Counted from the stretch's first letter, positions 28,467-40,015 are shown. The stretch: DNA of 64,000 nt from Longimicrobiales bacterium (GCA_965219445.1 CBDCNQ010000004.1:288001-352000), one strand, 5' to 3'. Translations and numbers: made by a program. Notes: generated by a model not told the origin, from the sequence alone.

Positions 28467-29489
28467 ATGATCGCCGTTGAGGGTGTGACCAAACGTTTTG
28501 GCGAACTGGTCGCCGTACGCAACGTCGACTTCGAGGTCAATAGGGGTGAGGTCGTCGGATTCCTCGGGCCCAACGGTGCGGGCAAGACGACGACTATGCG
28601 GATGCTGACGGGTACGCTCGAGCCCGATGAGGGTCGTGTTCTCTACAACGATGTGCCGATCAGCCAGGATCTCACGGCCGCAAAGGAGCACCTGGGATAC
28701 CTACCGGAGACCAATCCTCTTTATGAGGAGATGTTGGTCGCGGGGTACCTGGAGTACGCCGCCCGACTTCGTATGCTCACCCCGACTGAAGCGCGCTCGG
28801 CCATCTCTGATGCGGTGGACGAGACGGGCATTGGCGAGGTGTTCTTTCGCCCGATTTCGGAGCTGTCGAAGGGATACCGTCAGCGGGTGGGGTTAGCGGC
28901 AGCCATCCTTCACCATCCCGAAATCTTGGTGCTCGACGAGCCCACGGAGGGGCTCGACCCCAACCAGCGGGTCGACATCCGAAACCTGGTGAGCGAACTG
29001 GGCAAGGAGCGTACGGTGTTGCTCAGTACACACGTCATGCAGGAGGTCGAGGCGACGTGCACCCGGCTCCTCATCATCCATCAGGGTTCGATCGTAGCCA
29101 ACGGTACGGTGGCCGAGCTTCACTCTGCAGGTAAGGGCATGTCACAGTACACGGTAGAAGCCGAGGGCGATGGGGTGGCCGAAGCGCTGGGCCTGCTCCC
29201 CGGGGTGGACTCCCATACGGCGGAGCAAGTCGACGGCCGCACCCGAGTACGGCTTTCGGTAGCGGGTAGCGATGAGCTTCGCCCTGAGATTTTCCGCATG
29301 GCCAACGAACGCCAATGGGTGCTCTGGGAGTTGCATCGGGCCCAGGCGTCGCTCGAGCAGCTCTTCCGAGAACTGACGGCCGATGCGGGTGAAAGTGGAG
29401 AGCCGTCAGCGGAATCGTCCGAAGCCGCTGTCGATGTCGAGGCGGAGGCGGCACCTCCCGTCTCCGTAGACACGGAGGTGGGCTCATGA
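28467..29489 (+). CDS. ABC transporter ATP-binding protein (GldA-like)
   Basis: GPNGAGKTT, LSKGYRQRVG, LDEPT. Confidence 0.92.
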   Translation: MIAVEGVTKRFGELVAVRNVDFEVNRGEVVGFLGPNGAGKTTTMRMLTGTLEPDEGRVLYNDVPISQDLTAAKEHLGYLPETNPLYEEMLVAGYLEYAARLRMLTPTEARSAISDAVDETGIGEVFFRPISELSKGYRQRVGLAAAILHHPEILVLDEPTEGLDPNQRVDIRNLVSELGKERTVLLSTHVMQEVEATCTRLLIIHQGSIVANGTVAELHSAGKGMSQYTVEAEGDGVAEALGLLPGVDSHTAEQVDGRTRVRLSVAGSDELRPEIFRMANERQWVLWELHRAQASLEQLFRELTADAGESGEPSAESSEAAVDVEAEAAPPVSVDTEVGS

Positions 29490-31738
29490 AGCGAATTTGG
29501 ATCGTCGCTCGGCGCGAGGTGTCCGGCTTCTTCGACCATCCCGCGGCGTATATTCTGGTTGTGGCGTTCCTGGGATTGGGGCTCTTCCTCACGTTTCGAA
29601 CCCTTTACGCGGCCGGGATCGCCACGCTCCGGCCCTTCTTCGATCTGCTGCCGTGGCTTTTCGCTGTCTTCATTCCGGCGATGACGATGCGCTCGCTCGC
29701 TGAAGAGCGGCGAAGCGGTACGCTGGAATGGCTCCTCGCCCATCCGCTTCGCGAGGTCGAAGTGGTCGTTGGCAAATTCATCGGCAACTGGTTCTTTGTG
29801 CTCGCCGCTCTCGTAGGCACAGTCCCCACCGCTTTAGGCCTGCTGATGGTTTCGGAGGCGGACGGTGGAATCATGATGGCGGAGTACATCGGTGCGGGAC
29901 TGCTCGCCGCTCAGGGTGTCGCCATCGGCCTCTGGGCCTCGAGTCTGACGCGGAATCAAATCACGGCTTTCATCTTCGGGGCCTCAGTCTCCTTCACGCT
30001 CGTGCTCATCGGCACACCCGTCGTGCTCGTCGGACTTCCGCCATCGCTAGGCGCCACCGTCTCCAATCTCTCCGTATTGGGACACTTCGAGAACGTAGCA
30101 CGCGGCGTGGTGGACCTGAGAGATGTGGTCTACTTCCTGTCGACGGCCGGCCTGTTCCTGTTCATGTCCGTCGGCGTCATGAGCCGCGAGCGGCTGAGCG
30201 TCGGGCGGGGCGCTTTCCGGCGGCTCAGGACGGGCACCGCGGCGCTGATCGCGGTGGTGGTCTTGCTGAACCTTCTCGGGGCGAATATCCGGGGCCGACT
30301 CGACCTCACGCAGGAGGGTCTCTACACACTCTCCGACGGGAGCCGGGAGATTCTGGGCGAACTCGACGACATCGTGACGTTGAAGTTGGTGATCTCCGAT
30401 GAGCTACCGGCGGAGCTCCAGCCGACGCTTCGCGACGTGGCGGACTTGGTCGCCGACCTCCGCCGGGCAGCGGGCGTGCAACTCGTCGTCGAGAACCTCA
30501 ATCCGAATGACGATGCGGAGGTGGCGACGGAGGCGCGGAACCTGGGCATCACACAAAACGAGTTCAACGTGTTGCGGGATGACGAGTTCGAGGTGCGGCG
30601 TGGCTGGTTCGGTTTGGCGCTTCTTTATGCGGATCAACGCGAAGTCATCCCGTTCATCGACCGTACCGATGATCTCGAATTCCGGCTCCTCTCCGCGATT
30701 GCCACGATGACCACGGAAGAGCGTCCGGGCGTGGCCTTTCTCACGGGCTTCGGCTCCCAGGGGCCGGAGACGTTTCCCTCGTTTACACAGGCCTTGTCCG
30801 AGCGATACAACGTCCAAACGATCGACATCTCAGTAGACACGGTGCCGGCCTTGAGCCGGGACACGCTGGACATCGTGGTGGTCGCCGGTCCCCAGCAGCC
30901 TCTCGGCGGGCCCGCGGTGGATGCCATCCGATCCTTTACGGACGGTGGAGGGTCGACGCTCTTCTTGATCGATAAGCACCAGGTAGACCCCGAGTCACCC
31001 TTGATGTACCCGGTCGTTACGGGCCTGGAGGGGTTCCTTGCAGGAAAAGGAGTCGGAACCGACGTGGGTGTGGCCTTGGATCACAGCTCCAACGCCAGGA
31101 TCTCCATGGGGCGGCAGGGACTCTTCAACGTCGTGCGCCCCTACCCCCTGTGGCCCATTGCCCTGAGGGGAGATGCACACCCGGCGACGCGTGACCTCAC
31201 CAACTTGAGTGTGGGGTGGGCGACGGCGCTCGAGGTCGCGGACAGCACCGTCCGGAAGCTTTGGGTCACCACCGAGACGGGAGCCCTTCAAGCCGCGGGC
31301 GGAATCATCATGCCCGCCGCGCTTCTGGATCCTAATCCAGATGACTTCCAAACGGTAACCCTTGCGGTGGCGTTGGATCCGACGGCGGCCGGGAACGGTG
31401 AGTCCTCGAGCGAGGGAGATGGGTCCGGTGCGGAGGGACGAATGATCGTCGTGGGTGACGTCGACTTCCTCCAGGAGCAGTTCCTGAGGTCCAATCCTCA
31501 GAATCTGGTGTTCACCCTGAACGCCATCGATTGGCTCGCCCAAGACGAAGCTCTGATCGGGATCCGATCCAAGATCCGGACCCCTCCCGTGATGGCGTTC
31601 ACGTCCGAATTCCAGAGAGTCGCGCTCAAGTGGGGCAACCTGGTGGGCGTGCCGCTGCTGTTTGTGGCGTTAGGCGTGGTCCGCGTGACCGGACGCCGGA
31701 GGCGGATCGAAGCGCGCTGGAATGAGGTAGCGTCATGA
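29486..31738 (+). CDS. GldF/GldG-like fused ABC permease and auxiliary protein
   Basis: AEERRSGTLE, RLDLT..LYTLS, NAIDWL. Confidence 0.85.
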   Translation: MKRIWIVARREVSGFFDHPAAYILVVAFLGLGLFLTFRTLYAAGIATLRPFFDLLPWLFAVFIPAMTMRSLAEERRSGTLEWLLAHPLREVEVVVGKFIGNWFFVLAALVGTVPTALGLLMVSEADGGIMMAEYIGAGLLAAQGVAIGLWASSLTRNQITAFIFGASVSFTLVLIGTPVVLVGLPPSLGATVSNLSVLGHFENVARGVVDLRDVVYFLSTAGLFLFMSVGVMSRERLSVGRGAFRRLRTGTAALIAVVVLLNLLGANIRGRLDLTQEGLYTLSDGSREILGELDDIVTLKLVISDELPAELQPTLRDVADLVADLRRAAGVQLVVENLNPNDDAEVATEARNLGITQNEFNVLRDDEFEVRRGWFGLALLYADQREVIPFIDRTDDLEFRLLSAIATMTTEERPGVAFLTGFGSQGPETFPSFTQALSERYNVQTIDISVDTVPALSRDTLDIVVVAGPQQPLGGPAVDAIRSFTDGGGSTLFLIDKHQVDPESPLMYPVVTGLEGFLAGKGVGTDVGVALDHSSNARISMGRQGLFNVVRPYPLWPIALRGDAHPATRDLTNLSVGWATALEVADSTVRKLWVTTETGALQAAGGIIMPAALLDPNPDDFQTVTLAVALDPTAAGNGESSSEGDGSGAEGRMIVVGDVDFLQEQFLRSNPQNLVFTLNAIDWLAQDEALIGIRSKIRTPPVMAFTSEFQRVALKWGNLVGVPLLFVALGVVRVTGRRRRIEARWNEVAS

Positions 31739-32658
31739 GCGAACAAGCGCTGAAAAGGATCTTGGGAGTGCTCGGCGTTCTGGTGATTTTGTGGCTTGGC
31801 TCCGTCCTGCTCTCCGGGAGGCGTGGTGGCGGATCGGCACCCGATGGCGGCATCGCCTCGCTGCTCGAGCGCTTGGATGCGTCGACCGTGAGCGCGGTCC
31901 GCATTGTCGGTCCCGATGGGACCGTGTCGCTCCAGCGGGCCAGCGAGGCCTGGACCGTCAATGGATATGTTGCGGATTCGTCTGTCGTGGCCGGTCTCTG
32001 GACCATCCTCGCGGAGGCGGAGGTCGGCGGAGTCGTGGCCAACAACCCCAGAAACCACGAGCGCATGGGGTTGTCCGGAGACAGCGCCTGGACGGTGGAC
32101 TTCACGCTTGCCGACGGCGGCGGCATGGCATCCATGCTCGTGGGAGAGTCAGGGCCAATAATCCCCAGCGGGTATGTGCGGCTACCCGATCGGGACGCGG
32201 TTGTCGTCGTGTCCGGAGATCTTCGATCCACGCTGACCCAAAGCGTCACCGATTGGAGGGACAAGACGATTCTGCAGGTCGATACGGCCGCCGTGGTGCG
32301 CGTCGTGTTGGAGACGGACGAGGGGACCCATGTAGCCGAGCGATTGGACAGCACGTGGTCGGTCGATGGAGAGCCCGCGGACAGCACCACAATGAGTTGG
32401 GTTCTCGACGAGCTCGCAAATCTTGTTGCCGTCGGGTTCGTGGAGGACGGTGAGGTATTCCAAGAGAATGGAAGGCGCGTGATCGCCCTCGGGGCGCAAC
32501 AGGACACACTGGGGGCCGTCCTGATCACGGGTGAAGGAGGCGCCCGCCACGCACGCACACCCGGCAGCGATGTGGTGTTCGAGGTTGAGAGCATCCGAGC
32601 GAATCGCATCACGCCCGATATCGAACGCCTTCGGCCGGGGGATGCCGGCGGCGCCTGA
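31735..32658 (+). CDS. DUF4340-like protein
   Basis: N-terminal TM, YVR...WRDK; typical position after GldG-like gene. Confidence 0.75.
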   Translation: MSEQALKRILGVLGVLVILWLGSVLLSGRRGGGSAPDGGIASLLERLDASTVSAVRIVGPDGTVSLQRASEAWTVNGYVADSSVVAGLWTILAEAEVGGVVANNPRNHERMGLSGDSAWTVDFTLADGGGMASMLVGESGPIIPSGYVRLPDRDAVVVVSGDLRSTLTQSVTDWRDKTILQVDTAAVVRVVLETDEGTHVAERLDSTWSVDGEPADSTTMSWVLDELANLVAVGFVEDGEVFQENGRRVIALGAQQDTLGAVLITGEGGARHARTPGSDVVFEVESIRANRITPDIERLRPGDAGGA

Positions 32659-32780
32659 GCCTCGGGAAACTGCACCAAAGAGCTTGGGGACCCGCTCCCC
32701 CCCGTTCGTGTATTTCGAAAGCGACCCTGCGGTGGGATCGTTCAGCGCGCCATGACCGCTTACCCGACGTTTGGAGGAGA

Positions 32781-34679
32781 ATGCTCGTGCTAACCTACGT
32801 GACCACCCGAGCGAAACTGATCCTTCCGACCGCCGCGTTCGCGGTTCTCATTGCCCCGACTTCCGCCGTTGGCGCCCAGGACCCCGATGGACCCAATCCG
32901 GACTCCGTGGCTCTTCACGAGGAGGCGAAAGAGTCCCAGGCCCGCTTCGAGCGTTTTCGTGAGGACCGCATACCTCCAGAACTGGGGGGATTCGGGGGCG
33001 GGTGCGACGAGCTCGTCGGCCGGTTTTGCCTCCGATTCGAGAGTGGCGAGGACGAGAGCGAATGGAGCGTGCCTGAGGAGCCCGTGGAATTCGGCATGGC
33101 ACGGGTGCGGATCCTTCGTGAACTCCGCGAAATCCACGACCAGATCCCCGGTGACTCCTGGATTCTGGGCCAGCGCGTGTTCTACATGGGCGAGGTGGGC
33201 GACTGGCGGAGCGCGGAAAGCCTGGTCCGCAGATGTGGTGGCGGGAATTGGTGGTGCACGTCGCTGCTGGGGTTCGTGAGGCACGCTCAAGGAGACTGGA
33301 ATACCGCCGCCGACCTGTTCGCGCTGGCCGTGGAACAAATGCCCGAGGGTGAAGATTTCCTCTCGCTTGCTCTTCTACTGGACCCCGACGCCCTCGACGT
33401 CTACGAGAGCTCATCCGATCAGGACGCCGCACAGGAACGGCTGTGGCTCCTTTCCGACCCACTCTATCTGGTGGACGGAAACGACCGGATGACCGAGCAG
33501 TTCACACGCGCGGTCCTCGTCCGCATGCGGCGTGAAGCCGTCAACCCATATGGCGTCGAATGGGGTGACGACGTCGAGGAGCTCACGCTCCGCTATGGAG
33601 CCGAGAAGGCGTGGGAGCGCCGACGCGCTTTGCCGAACGGCCAGCTCCAGGACACCCGTAGCATCGTGGGCCGACACCACCCGAAGAGCCAGGAGTTCCT
33701 CCCGCCGGACGAGGCCCTCGAAGATCCGGCGCAGGTGGCGCCCGGCGATTGGACCCTGGAGCAAGAGCGCCCGTGGACCGGATACGCACCTCCGTACGCG
33801 CCAGACCTCAACGCTTTGGAGACCCAGGTGGCCCGTTTCCGGCGCGGGGACTCACTGCTCGTTGCAGGGGCGTTCGCACCTGAGGAAGAGGACGCGGCGG
33901 CGGATGCCCGCCGGCAGGCCCAGAGGAGGAATCCACGCATCGTCGATCTTCGCGCTCGGCGGAACGAAGACCGGGGTGACCAACAGGCTCGCACCAATCC
34001 ATTCGGTCGGCCCGTCGAGGAGCCGCAACCTTTCTTGGTCGAGGAGCCCGAGCCGGAGGGCCCCATCCGATCCGGCCTCTTCCTGATCGACACCGAGAGT
34101 GGTATGACGCACCAAGTCTTGGGGGAGGGTCCGCGTGGTGCGTTCCAGCTCCAGGTGCCGAACGGACGGTATGTGGTCGGCATCGAGGCCTTCAGCGCCG
34201 ATGCGAAACAAGCGTGGCGTGACCGCCACGGATTGTGGCAAGACCCGATTTTACCCGGTTTGGCAGCAGTTTCGGATCTACTGATCCTCGAGGGTGGAGG
34301 AGAGATCCCAGCCTCACTCGACGAGGCGCTGCCAACCGCACTTCCTGCGGTTCGCATCTCGGTTGGGGAGCCATTCAAGATTGCATGGGAGCTATACGGA
34401 CTCGCGATCGGCGAGTCGGCGAGTGTACGGATCGGTGTGGATCAGGGCGGCCAGGGTCTCCTCCGTAGATTGGGCCAGTTCCTGCGCGTGCTCGAGCCAG
34501 ATTCCCCCGTGGTGATGACGTACGAAGACGCAGGCCCCGACGTCTTGGGCACAGTTTTCCGGGCGGTCCAGCTCAACCTTCCCGACCTCGAGCCGGGCGA
34601 ATACACGCTGACTGTGGAAATCGAGCTGTCCGGACGTGAGCCGATGGTCGTTGCACGACCGATCGTCATCGTGTCCTGA
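32781..34679 (+). CDS. Hypothetical secreted protein
   Basis: 632-aa ORF with signal peptide and RBS. Confidence 0.7.
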   Translation: MLVLTYVTTRAKLILPTAAFAVLIAPTSAVGAQDPDGPNPDSVALHEEAKESQARFERFREDRIPPELGGFGGGCDELVGRFCLRFESGEDESEWSVPEEPVEFGMARVRILRELREIHDQIPGDSWILGQRVFYMGEVGDWRSAESLVRRCGGGNWWCTSLLGFVRHAQGDWNTAADLFALAVEQMPEGEDFLSLALLLDPDALDVYESSSDQDAAQERLWLLSDPLYLVDGNDRMTEQFTRAVLVRMRREAVNPYGVEWGDDVEELTLRYGAEKAWERRRALPNGQLQDTRSIVGRHHPKSQEFLPPDEALEDPAQVAPGDWTLEQERPWTGYAPPYAPDLNALETQVARFRRGDSLLVAGAFAPEEEDAAADARRQAQRRNPRIVDLRARRNEDRGDQQARTNPFGRPVEEPQPFLVEEPEPEGPIRSGLFLIDTESGMTHQVLGEGPRGAFQLQVPNGRYVVGIEAFSADAKQAWRDRHGLWQDPILPGLAAVSDLLILEGGGEIPASLDEALPTALPAVRISVGEPFKIAWELYGLAIGESASVRIGVDQGGQGLLRRLGQFLRVLEPDSPVVMTYEDAGPDVLGTVFRAVQLNLPDLEPGEYTLTVEIELSGREPMVVARPIVIVS

Positions 34680-34696
34680 GATCCACATCGTGCGGC

Positions 34697-34803
34697 CACG
34701 GATTTGAGGAGCTGCGCGCCAACCGTGTCGAGTTCAAGATCGACTCGAGGAACGAACGCTCCCGCGCCGCTCTGGCGAGGATCGGAGCCGTAGAAGAGGG
34801 GAC
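34697..34803 (+). pseudogene. GNAT (RimJ/RimL-type) acetyltransferase remnant
   Basis: Translates HGFEELRANRVEFKIDSRNERSRAALARIGAVEEG with no start. Confidence 0.6.
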
Positions 34804-34901
34804 GTAGGGAATGGCGAAAATGTAGTTCTTGCCTCCCGAGTACGTCACGCCACACTGTTCAAGAACAGCTGTGCACGCCTCTTCCGCCCCTGCGAGGCTT
34901 C

Positions 34902-35312
34902 ATGAGCGATAAACCTGCGACCGGGACCATCCTCTTTGAAGTGGCCCTCTTGACCGTCGTGGTCCTTCTGGTCGACGAATGGCTGATCCGTGGCGCTCTG
35001 GCCTTCATACCGGCCATGCTGCTGGCCCAGCGAGCCCTCGATGCTGGCGGCTCTAGGGCCTCCGAGGATTTGAGCTCCACTAATGATCTGGGAACGCCAG
35101 TCCGCGAGCACGTCGCGAAGCTACTCGAATATTTCCAGAAGTTTTACACCACGTGCGGGCTGATGGGGTCCGGCAAGATCACTCCCGAAGAGGCGCTGCA
35201 GCGGACGCGTGACCTCGAAGAGGATTTGAGTAGCCTACTAAACGAGGTGACCAAGGACTCGCCGGAGGTGAGGGTGAAGCCGCAAGAGTTGGTGCCCCTG
35301 CCCACCCTATAG
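34902..35312 (+). CDS. Hypothetical membrane protein
   Basis: Two N-terminal hydrophobic segments. Confidence 0.6.
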   Translation: MSDKPATGTILFEVALLTVVVLLVDEWLIRGALAFIPAMLLAQRALDAGGSRASEDLSSTNDLGTPVREHVAKLLEYFQKFYTTCGLMGSGKITPEEALQRTRDLEEDLSSLLNEVTKDSPEVRVKPQELVPLPTL

Positions 35313-35340
35313 GCGGCCACGGAACGACAAGGACTTAGGC

Positions 35341-38127
35341 CTAGCTCTCGGTCGTCCCAAACTTGATGTGCACGGTATCTGAATCCTCATCACGAAGCGC
35401 CTTCACCGCATCGTGAATCCCCTGCGTCAATTCGCGCTCTTCACGGAGCGCGTTGATGAGCCCCTCGGCTTCTCTCGCCTCGAAGCTCAGCTTCCCGGCG
35501 GTCGAGATCACATGATCGACCACCGTCCTCTGACTGGTCAGGGACTCGAGGCCGGACCGGATCTCCCTGAGTAAGGCATCCGCCCGTGCAAGACGCACCT
35601 CCGCCTGTTCAATCTGCTGCTGCCGCCCGTCGATATCGTCGAGCGCCTCTCTCATGGCATCCGCCTTGGCCTGCACTGACTCCAGCATCCGGGCGGCACC
35701 CTGTACTTCGTCACGCGCCGCGGAGATGGCCCTCACATCCTCCAGCGTTCGCTCTGACGCAGCAAACAGTTTTTCCACATCGTTGCGGACCTGCCCGACG
35801 CCCTCTTGTCTGGCGAGCAGGGTCTCAATCGACTGTTGGAGCTCCAGCTCCACCCCATCGAGCCGCGCGAGCTTCTCCTCGAACTGGGTGATTCGCTTTT
35901 CGGCGAAGCGTAGGCTGCCGGCCCTGGCCTCCAGCACGTCCGCCCGCTGCCCAATCTTCTCGGACTGCTCCTCGGCGATGACGAGGCTCTCATTCACCCC
36001 CCGGATCTTATCCTCCAAGGATTGGACCATCTCGGCCGCTTCCTTCCTCAGGGTCGACACAGCATCGAGCTGTCCCACCGCCTTCGACAGCGTGCGCTCG
36101 CCCTGGTGGATATCCTCCAACACACGGTCGGCCCGCTCGGACAGTGCGGTGACGGCCTCGGAGCGATCGACTGTCGAGTCGACTCTCTCACCCAACTCAG
36201 CCATTCGCCCCTCGGCCTGCTCAACCGCAGCCACGACCTCCTCGACCACCACGCGAACTTCATCCGCCTTATCGGCGTTCCGTGCAGCGGCCTTGAACCG
36301 ACGATCCGCATCCGTTAGGCCAGTGAGAAGGTTATTGGTGCGCTCGTCCAACTGCGTACCGATCTGACGGAGCTCCGACATCCGGACCTCGAGTTCTTCG
36401 AAAGATTCACGACGCTCGTCCAGATCCGACGCGGCTGTGACGACGCCATCCGCCATCTCCCGCATGTGATCGACGTTCGACCTCAAATCGTCCAGCTGGG
36501 CGACGTTCGCTCGTAGCTCCCCAACTCTTTCCTGGGTCTCGACCAGCCAGGCAGCGGTCTCGTCCTGCCCCATTTGCGTCCGCTCCATCTCGGCCTTCGT
36601 CGCTCGCATTCTCTCCAACGCGCCGGCGACCTCCTCTTGAGCACCACGAAGCGTTCGTAGGTCGTTCACGGCGTTCTCTACGTCGGACTGCCGCGCCTCG
36701 ATGCTGGAGAGAGACGAAGCCACGTCGACGGAGATTCGCCGGGCTTCCGACATCCCTTCCCGCATCCCTTCAACCAACTCCACCTGCTCACTGAGACGGC
36801 CCAACTCCCCAGACAGCGATGTCGTACGAGCAGACATATCGTCGACCCTGCGGTTGGCCTCGTTCAGCGCTTGGCCAGCTTCCTCGAGCTCACGGAAGCG
36901 GTTCTCGAGGTCGGTCACACTGGCCCGGAGAGCGATGACCCGCTGTCCGTCGGCCTCCAACGTGCTTTGCTCCAGCTCGAAGCGTTTGGTGCTACGCCGC
37001 ATCTGCTCCTGCAGCCCAGCTAGCGCCGCCCTCAGCGTCTTGCTATCCCGCTCGACTTGGGACTGCTCCGCCCGCAACTCGTCCGATCGCTCTCCGACCT
37101 TGGCATTCAGCTCGCGGAGGGCCTTCTTCACCTCATTGATCTGCGCTCGGGCGTCTTTCAGCTTCCCCTCGAGTTCCCAGTGGAGGTCGGTGAGCGCCCG
37201 GGCCTGGGCCTCCGTCCGGTCCATCGCCTCACGTTCCCGCTCTACCGCCGCGATCTTCCCGCTGATGTGGTCCGACAGGGTCTTCAGGGCGTTCAACTGC
37301 CGTTCCGTGCGGGCTCCGAGCTCCTCCGCCTTGTTGAGGTCCACCATTGCCTTGTCGACGCGCGCCACATTTGCGTTCGCCCTGTCCACACCGGCGTCGA
37401 CCGATTCCAACTTGGAACGCAAGTCCTTGTACCCTGACGAGATACTCTCTTGCGCCGCTCGAATACCCTCCTGGTCGTCGCTGAGCTGGGCGACTTCCTT
37501 ACCGTAGCTCAACGATTCTTCACGAGCCTGTTCGATCTGCGCTCGCACTCCGGCCAGCGCCCCTTTCGGCCCCGTAATCTCTTCGATCTCCTGCCTGATT
37601 TGCGCGATGGACTGGAGGCCTTCACCCAACTTCGCGACCCTTTCGTCGGCTTCGACCAACCGCCTCGACACCGATTCTACGGAGCTGGTCATCGCCTTCT
37701 GGTCGTCCTCTAGACCTCCTGCTCGCTCATCAATCGTCCCGATCCGGTCTTCGATCCGGGCAAGGTCGGTGGTTCGCGTCTCGAGTCGGTCGGCGGCGCT
37801 CGCACTCTGTTCGACAGTCTCCTTGAGATGTTCCTGGGACCTGCCGATTTCCTCTTCCCGCTGCTCCAGGAGGTCGAGTCGAGAAACAGATTCCGCCAGG
37901 GCGGCCGCGTGCGTCTGTAAGTCCGACGTCTGCGAATCCAGAGATTCGGCAGCGGCCTCGAGCGGATTTCCGAGATCCTCGATTTTCTTCGAGGCGGTCT
38001 CCGACCGCTTCAGAAGATCACGAAGGGCCCTTTTGTCACGATTTGCTTGGGCGAGCAGCTTCATGAGCTCCTCGGGGAGCTCTTCGAGTTCTCCGCTACC
38101 CAGTAGTGACTTGAGCCAAGACTTCAT
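35341..38127 (-). CDS. 928-aa coiled-coil protein
   Basis: Almost continuous E/L/R/A heptads, nearly Pro-free, no Walker motif. Confidence 0.85.
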   Translation of the reverse strand: MKSWLKSLLGSGELEELPEELMKLLAQANRDKRALRDLLKRSETASKKIEDLGNPLEAAAESLDSQTSDLQTHAAALAESVSRLDLLEQREEEIGRSQEHLKETVEQSASAADRLETRTTDLARIEDRIGTIDERAGGLEDDQKAMTSSVESVSRRLVEADERVAKLGEGLQSIAQIRQEIEEITGPKGALAGVRAQIEQAREESLSYGKEVAQLSDDQEGIRAAQESISSGYKDLRSKLESVDAGVDRANANVARVDKAMVDLNKAEELGARTERQLNALKTLSDHISGKIAAVEREREAMDRTEAQARALTDLHWELEGKLKDARAQINEVKKALRELNAKVGERSDELRAEQSQVERDSKTLRAALAGLQEQMRRSTKRFELEQSTLEADGQRVIALRASVTDLENRFRELEEAGQALNEANRRVDDMSARTTSLSGELGRLSEQVELVEGMREGMSEARRISVDVASSLSSIEARQSDVENAVNDLRTLRGAQEEVAGALERMRATKAEMERTQMGQDETAAWLVETQERVGELRANVAQLDDLRSNVDHMREMADGVVTAASDLDERRESFEELEVRMSELRQIGTQLDERTNNLLTGLTDADRRFKAAARNADKADEVRVVVEEVVAAVEQAEGRMAELGERVDSTVDRSEAVTALSERADRVLEDIHQGERTLSKAVGQLDAVSTLRKEAAEMVQSLEDKIRGVNESLVIAEEQSEKIGQRADVLEARAGSLRFAEKRITQFEEKLARLDGVELELQQSIETLLARQEGVGQVRNDVEKLFAASERTLEDVRAISAARDEVQGAARMLESVQAKADAMREALDDIDGRQQQIEQAEVRLARADALLREIRSGLESLTSQRTVVDHVISTAGKLSFEAREAEGLINALREERELTQGIHDAVKALRDEDSDTVHIKFGTTES

Positions 38128-38286
38128 GATACCTCTCCATCAGTGCCATCAAGTGGTCGCTTGAAACTTGATGTTTGTGCCGCCAAGGCGCCAGGTCATT
38201 CTGTCGTCCCCGCGGGCTGAATCCACTAGACGCTGAAACCGAACCGATCGGAGGCCCGCATTACAGGGTCCACCGCCGCCGAAGCG

Positions 38287-38793
38287 TCATCGGATCAGCC
38301 GTCGCACCGGGACACTGCCTCGGGTCGTCATCTCGATCGGGTGGTCGCCCAATGGCGTGTCCACCGTGAGTTTCGTCTCAAGTGTATAGCCGATCGTACC
38401 CCGCTCCAACAGAGCACGTGCCCCCGCGCCAACTCCCCCCCAACCGAAAGAGAGTGGGAGTTCGATGGGAGTGACCGCCTGTGAGCCGAACCTGGTGGAG
38501 CCATCGAGGAATGCCTCGCCGAAACGAGTGCCCTCGAAGTCGATGGCCATGTCGATCTGACCCGTACGGAGATCATAGGAATTGGGGTTGTCCACGTCGA
38601 CCAGGAGCGTGAGTGATCCACCCGTGAGGCCGAGTCCGTCGATTTGGACCGAAGTGAGGTCGAAGTCGGGCGACTCGAAGCCGCCTTGCTGGAACATCGC
38701 ACACCCACTTGGCACGAGCGCCCAAATCAGGGCAACACAACGAGAGATGGAGATTTTCCCCGCGAAATGGCCGGCATGAACACGTTTTCTCGT
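38287..38793 (-). pseudogene. LEA_2/WHy-domain lipoprotein, start codon lost at the IS256 boundary
   Basis: VDVDNPNSYDL; frame open up to the IS end with no start codon before the signal peptide. Confidence 0.7.
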
Positions 38794-38960
38794 GAGCTAG
38801 GATCAAAGGCATCATAGGGGCATGGCGACCGCTACCGGTACCGATCAGCAGCTAAGCAGCCCGAAGACGAAGAGGCGTTCTCCTCCGGGAGCGGGTGCGC
38901 GTTCATCATTATTCGCGCAAGCAAGCAACCCAACCCGTCCTACCCAAGAGGAGGATGCCC

Positions 38961-40015
38961 ATGGAGAGGTATATCGGACTCGACGCACACGCGTCGAGCT
39001 GCACGCTGGGGATTGTAGGCCCCAGCGGCAAGCGCTTGGGCTCGCAGGTGGTGGAGACGAACGCGCGGGCGCTGATCGAGGTGCTGCGAGGGATTCCGAG
39101 GAACCGGCACTTATGCCTGGAAGAAGGGACGCTGTCGGGGTGGCTGTACGAGGTGCTGAAGCCGCACGTGGAGGAGCTGACGGTGGCGGGGGTCGGCAAG
39201 AGCCGGGGCCCGAAGACCGACAAGCTGGACGCGTTTGCCCTGGCGGAGAAGCTGCGGATCGGATCACTGGAGACGACGGTCTACAAGAACCGGGGCCAGT
39301 TCAGGCGGCTGGGGGAACGGGCGAAGAGCTACGACTTCTTGGTCGGCGACACGGTGCGGGTGAAGAACCGGCTCAAGAGCGTGCTGCGCTCGAGAGGAGT
39401 GGCCTACGGCGCGGGGCGCTCGGTCTACTTAAAGCGCGACCGGGAGGAGTGGTTGGCCAAGCTGCCGGAAGCGAGCAGGACGACGGCCGGGTTGCTGTAC
39501 GAGGAGCACGACGCACTCGTGGCATTGAGGGCGAAGGCCGAGAAGGCGTTGCTGGCGGAAGCACGCAAGCATCGAGAGTGGCATGTGCTGAAGACGTGCC
39601 CGGGTCTGGGTCCGATCCGGACGGCGGAGCTCCTGCCGGTGGTGGTGACGCCGTACCGGTTCCAGAGCCGGAGCAGGTTCTGGGCGTACTGCGGACTGGG
39701 CGTGGTGATGCGGAGCTCGTCGGACTGGGTGCGGGGTCCGGGTGGGCGGTGGGTAAGGGAACCGGTACAGCAGACGCGGGGGCTGAATCGGAACTTCAAC
39801 CACACGCTGAAGCGTGTGTTCAAGGGCGCAGCGACGACGGTGATCGGTCGGGCCGAGGACGAGCCCTTGTACCGCCACTACGAGCGACTCCTGGAGGGGG
39901 GCACGAAGCCGAATCTGGCGAAGCTGACGATCGCGCGTCAGCTCGCCTCGATCGTGCTAGCGGTGTGGCGCACGGGCGAAGCGTACGACCCAAGAGACTG
40001 GAAGCGACGGAGTAA
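38961..40015 (+). CDS. IS110-family transposase (1-bp frameshift near 39990)
   Basis: YIGLDAH, KTDKLDA, TCPGLG, RSSS; natural end YDPKRLEATE* in the shifted frame. Confidence 0.92.

Noticed and set aside
35341..38127. SMC or phage tape-measure protein
   Set aside because: No Walker/hinge motifs and no phage genes nearby
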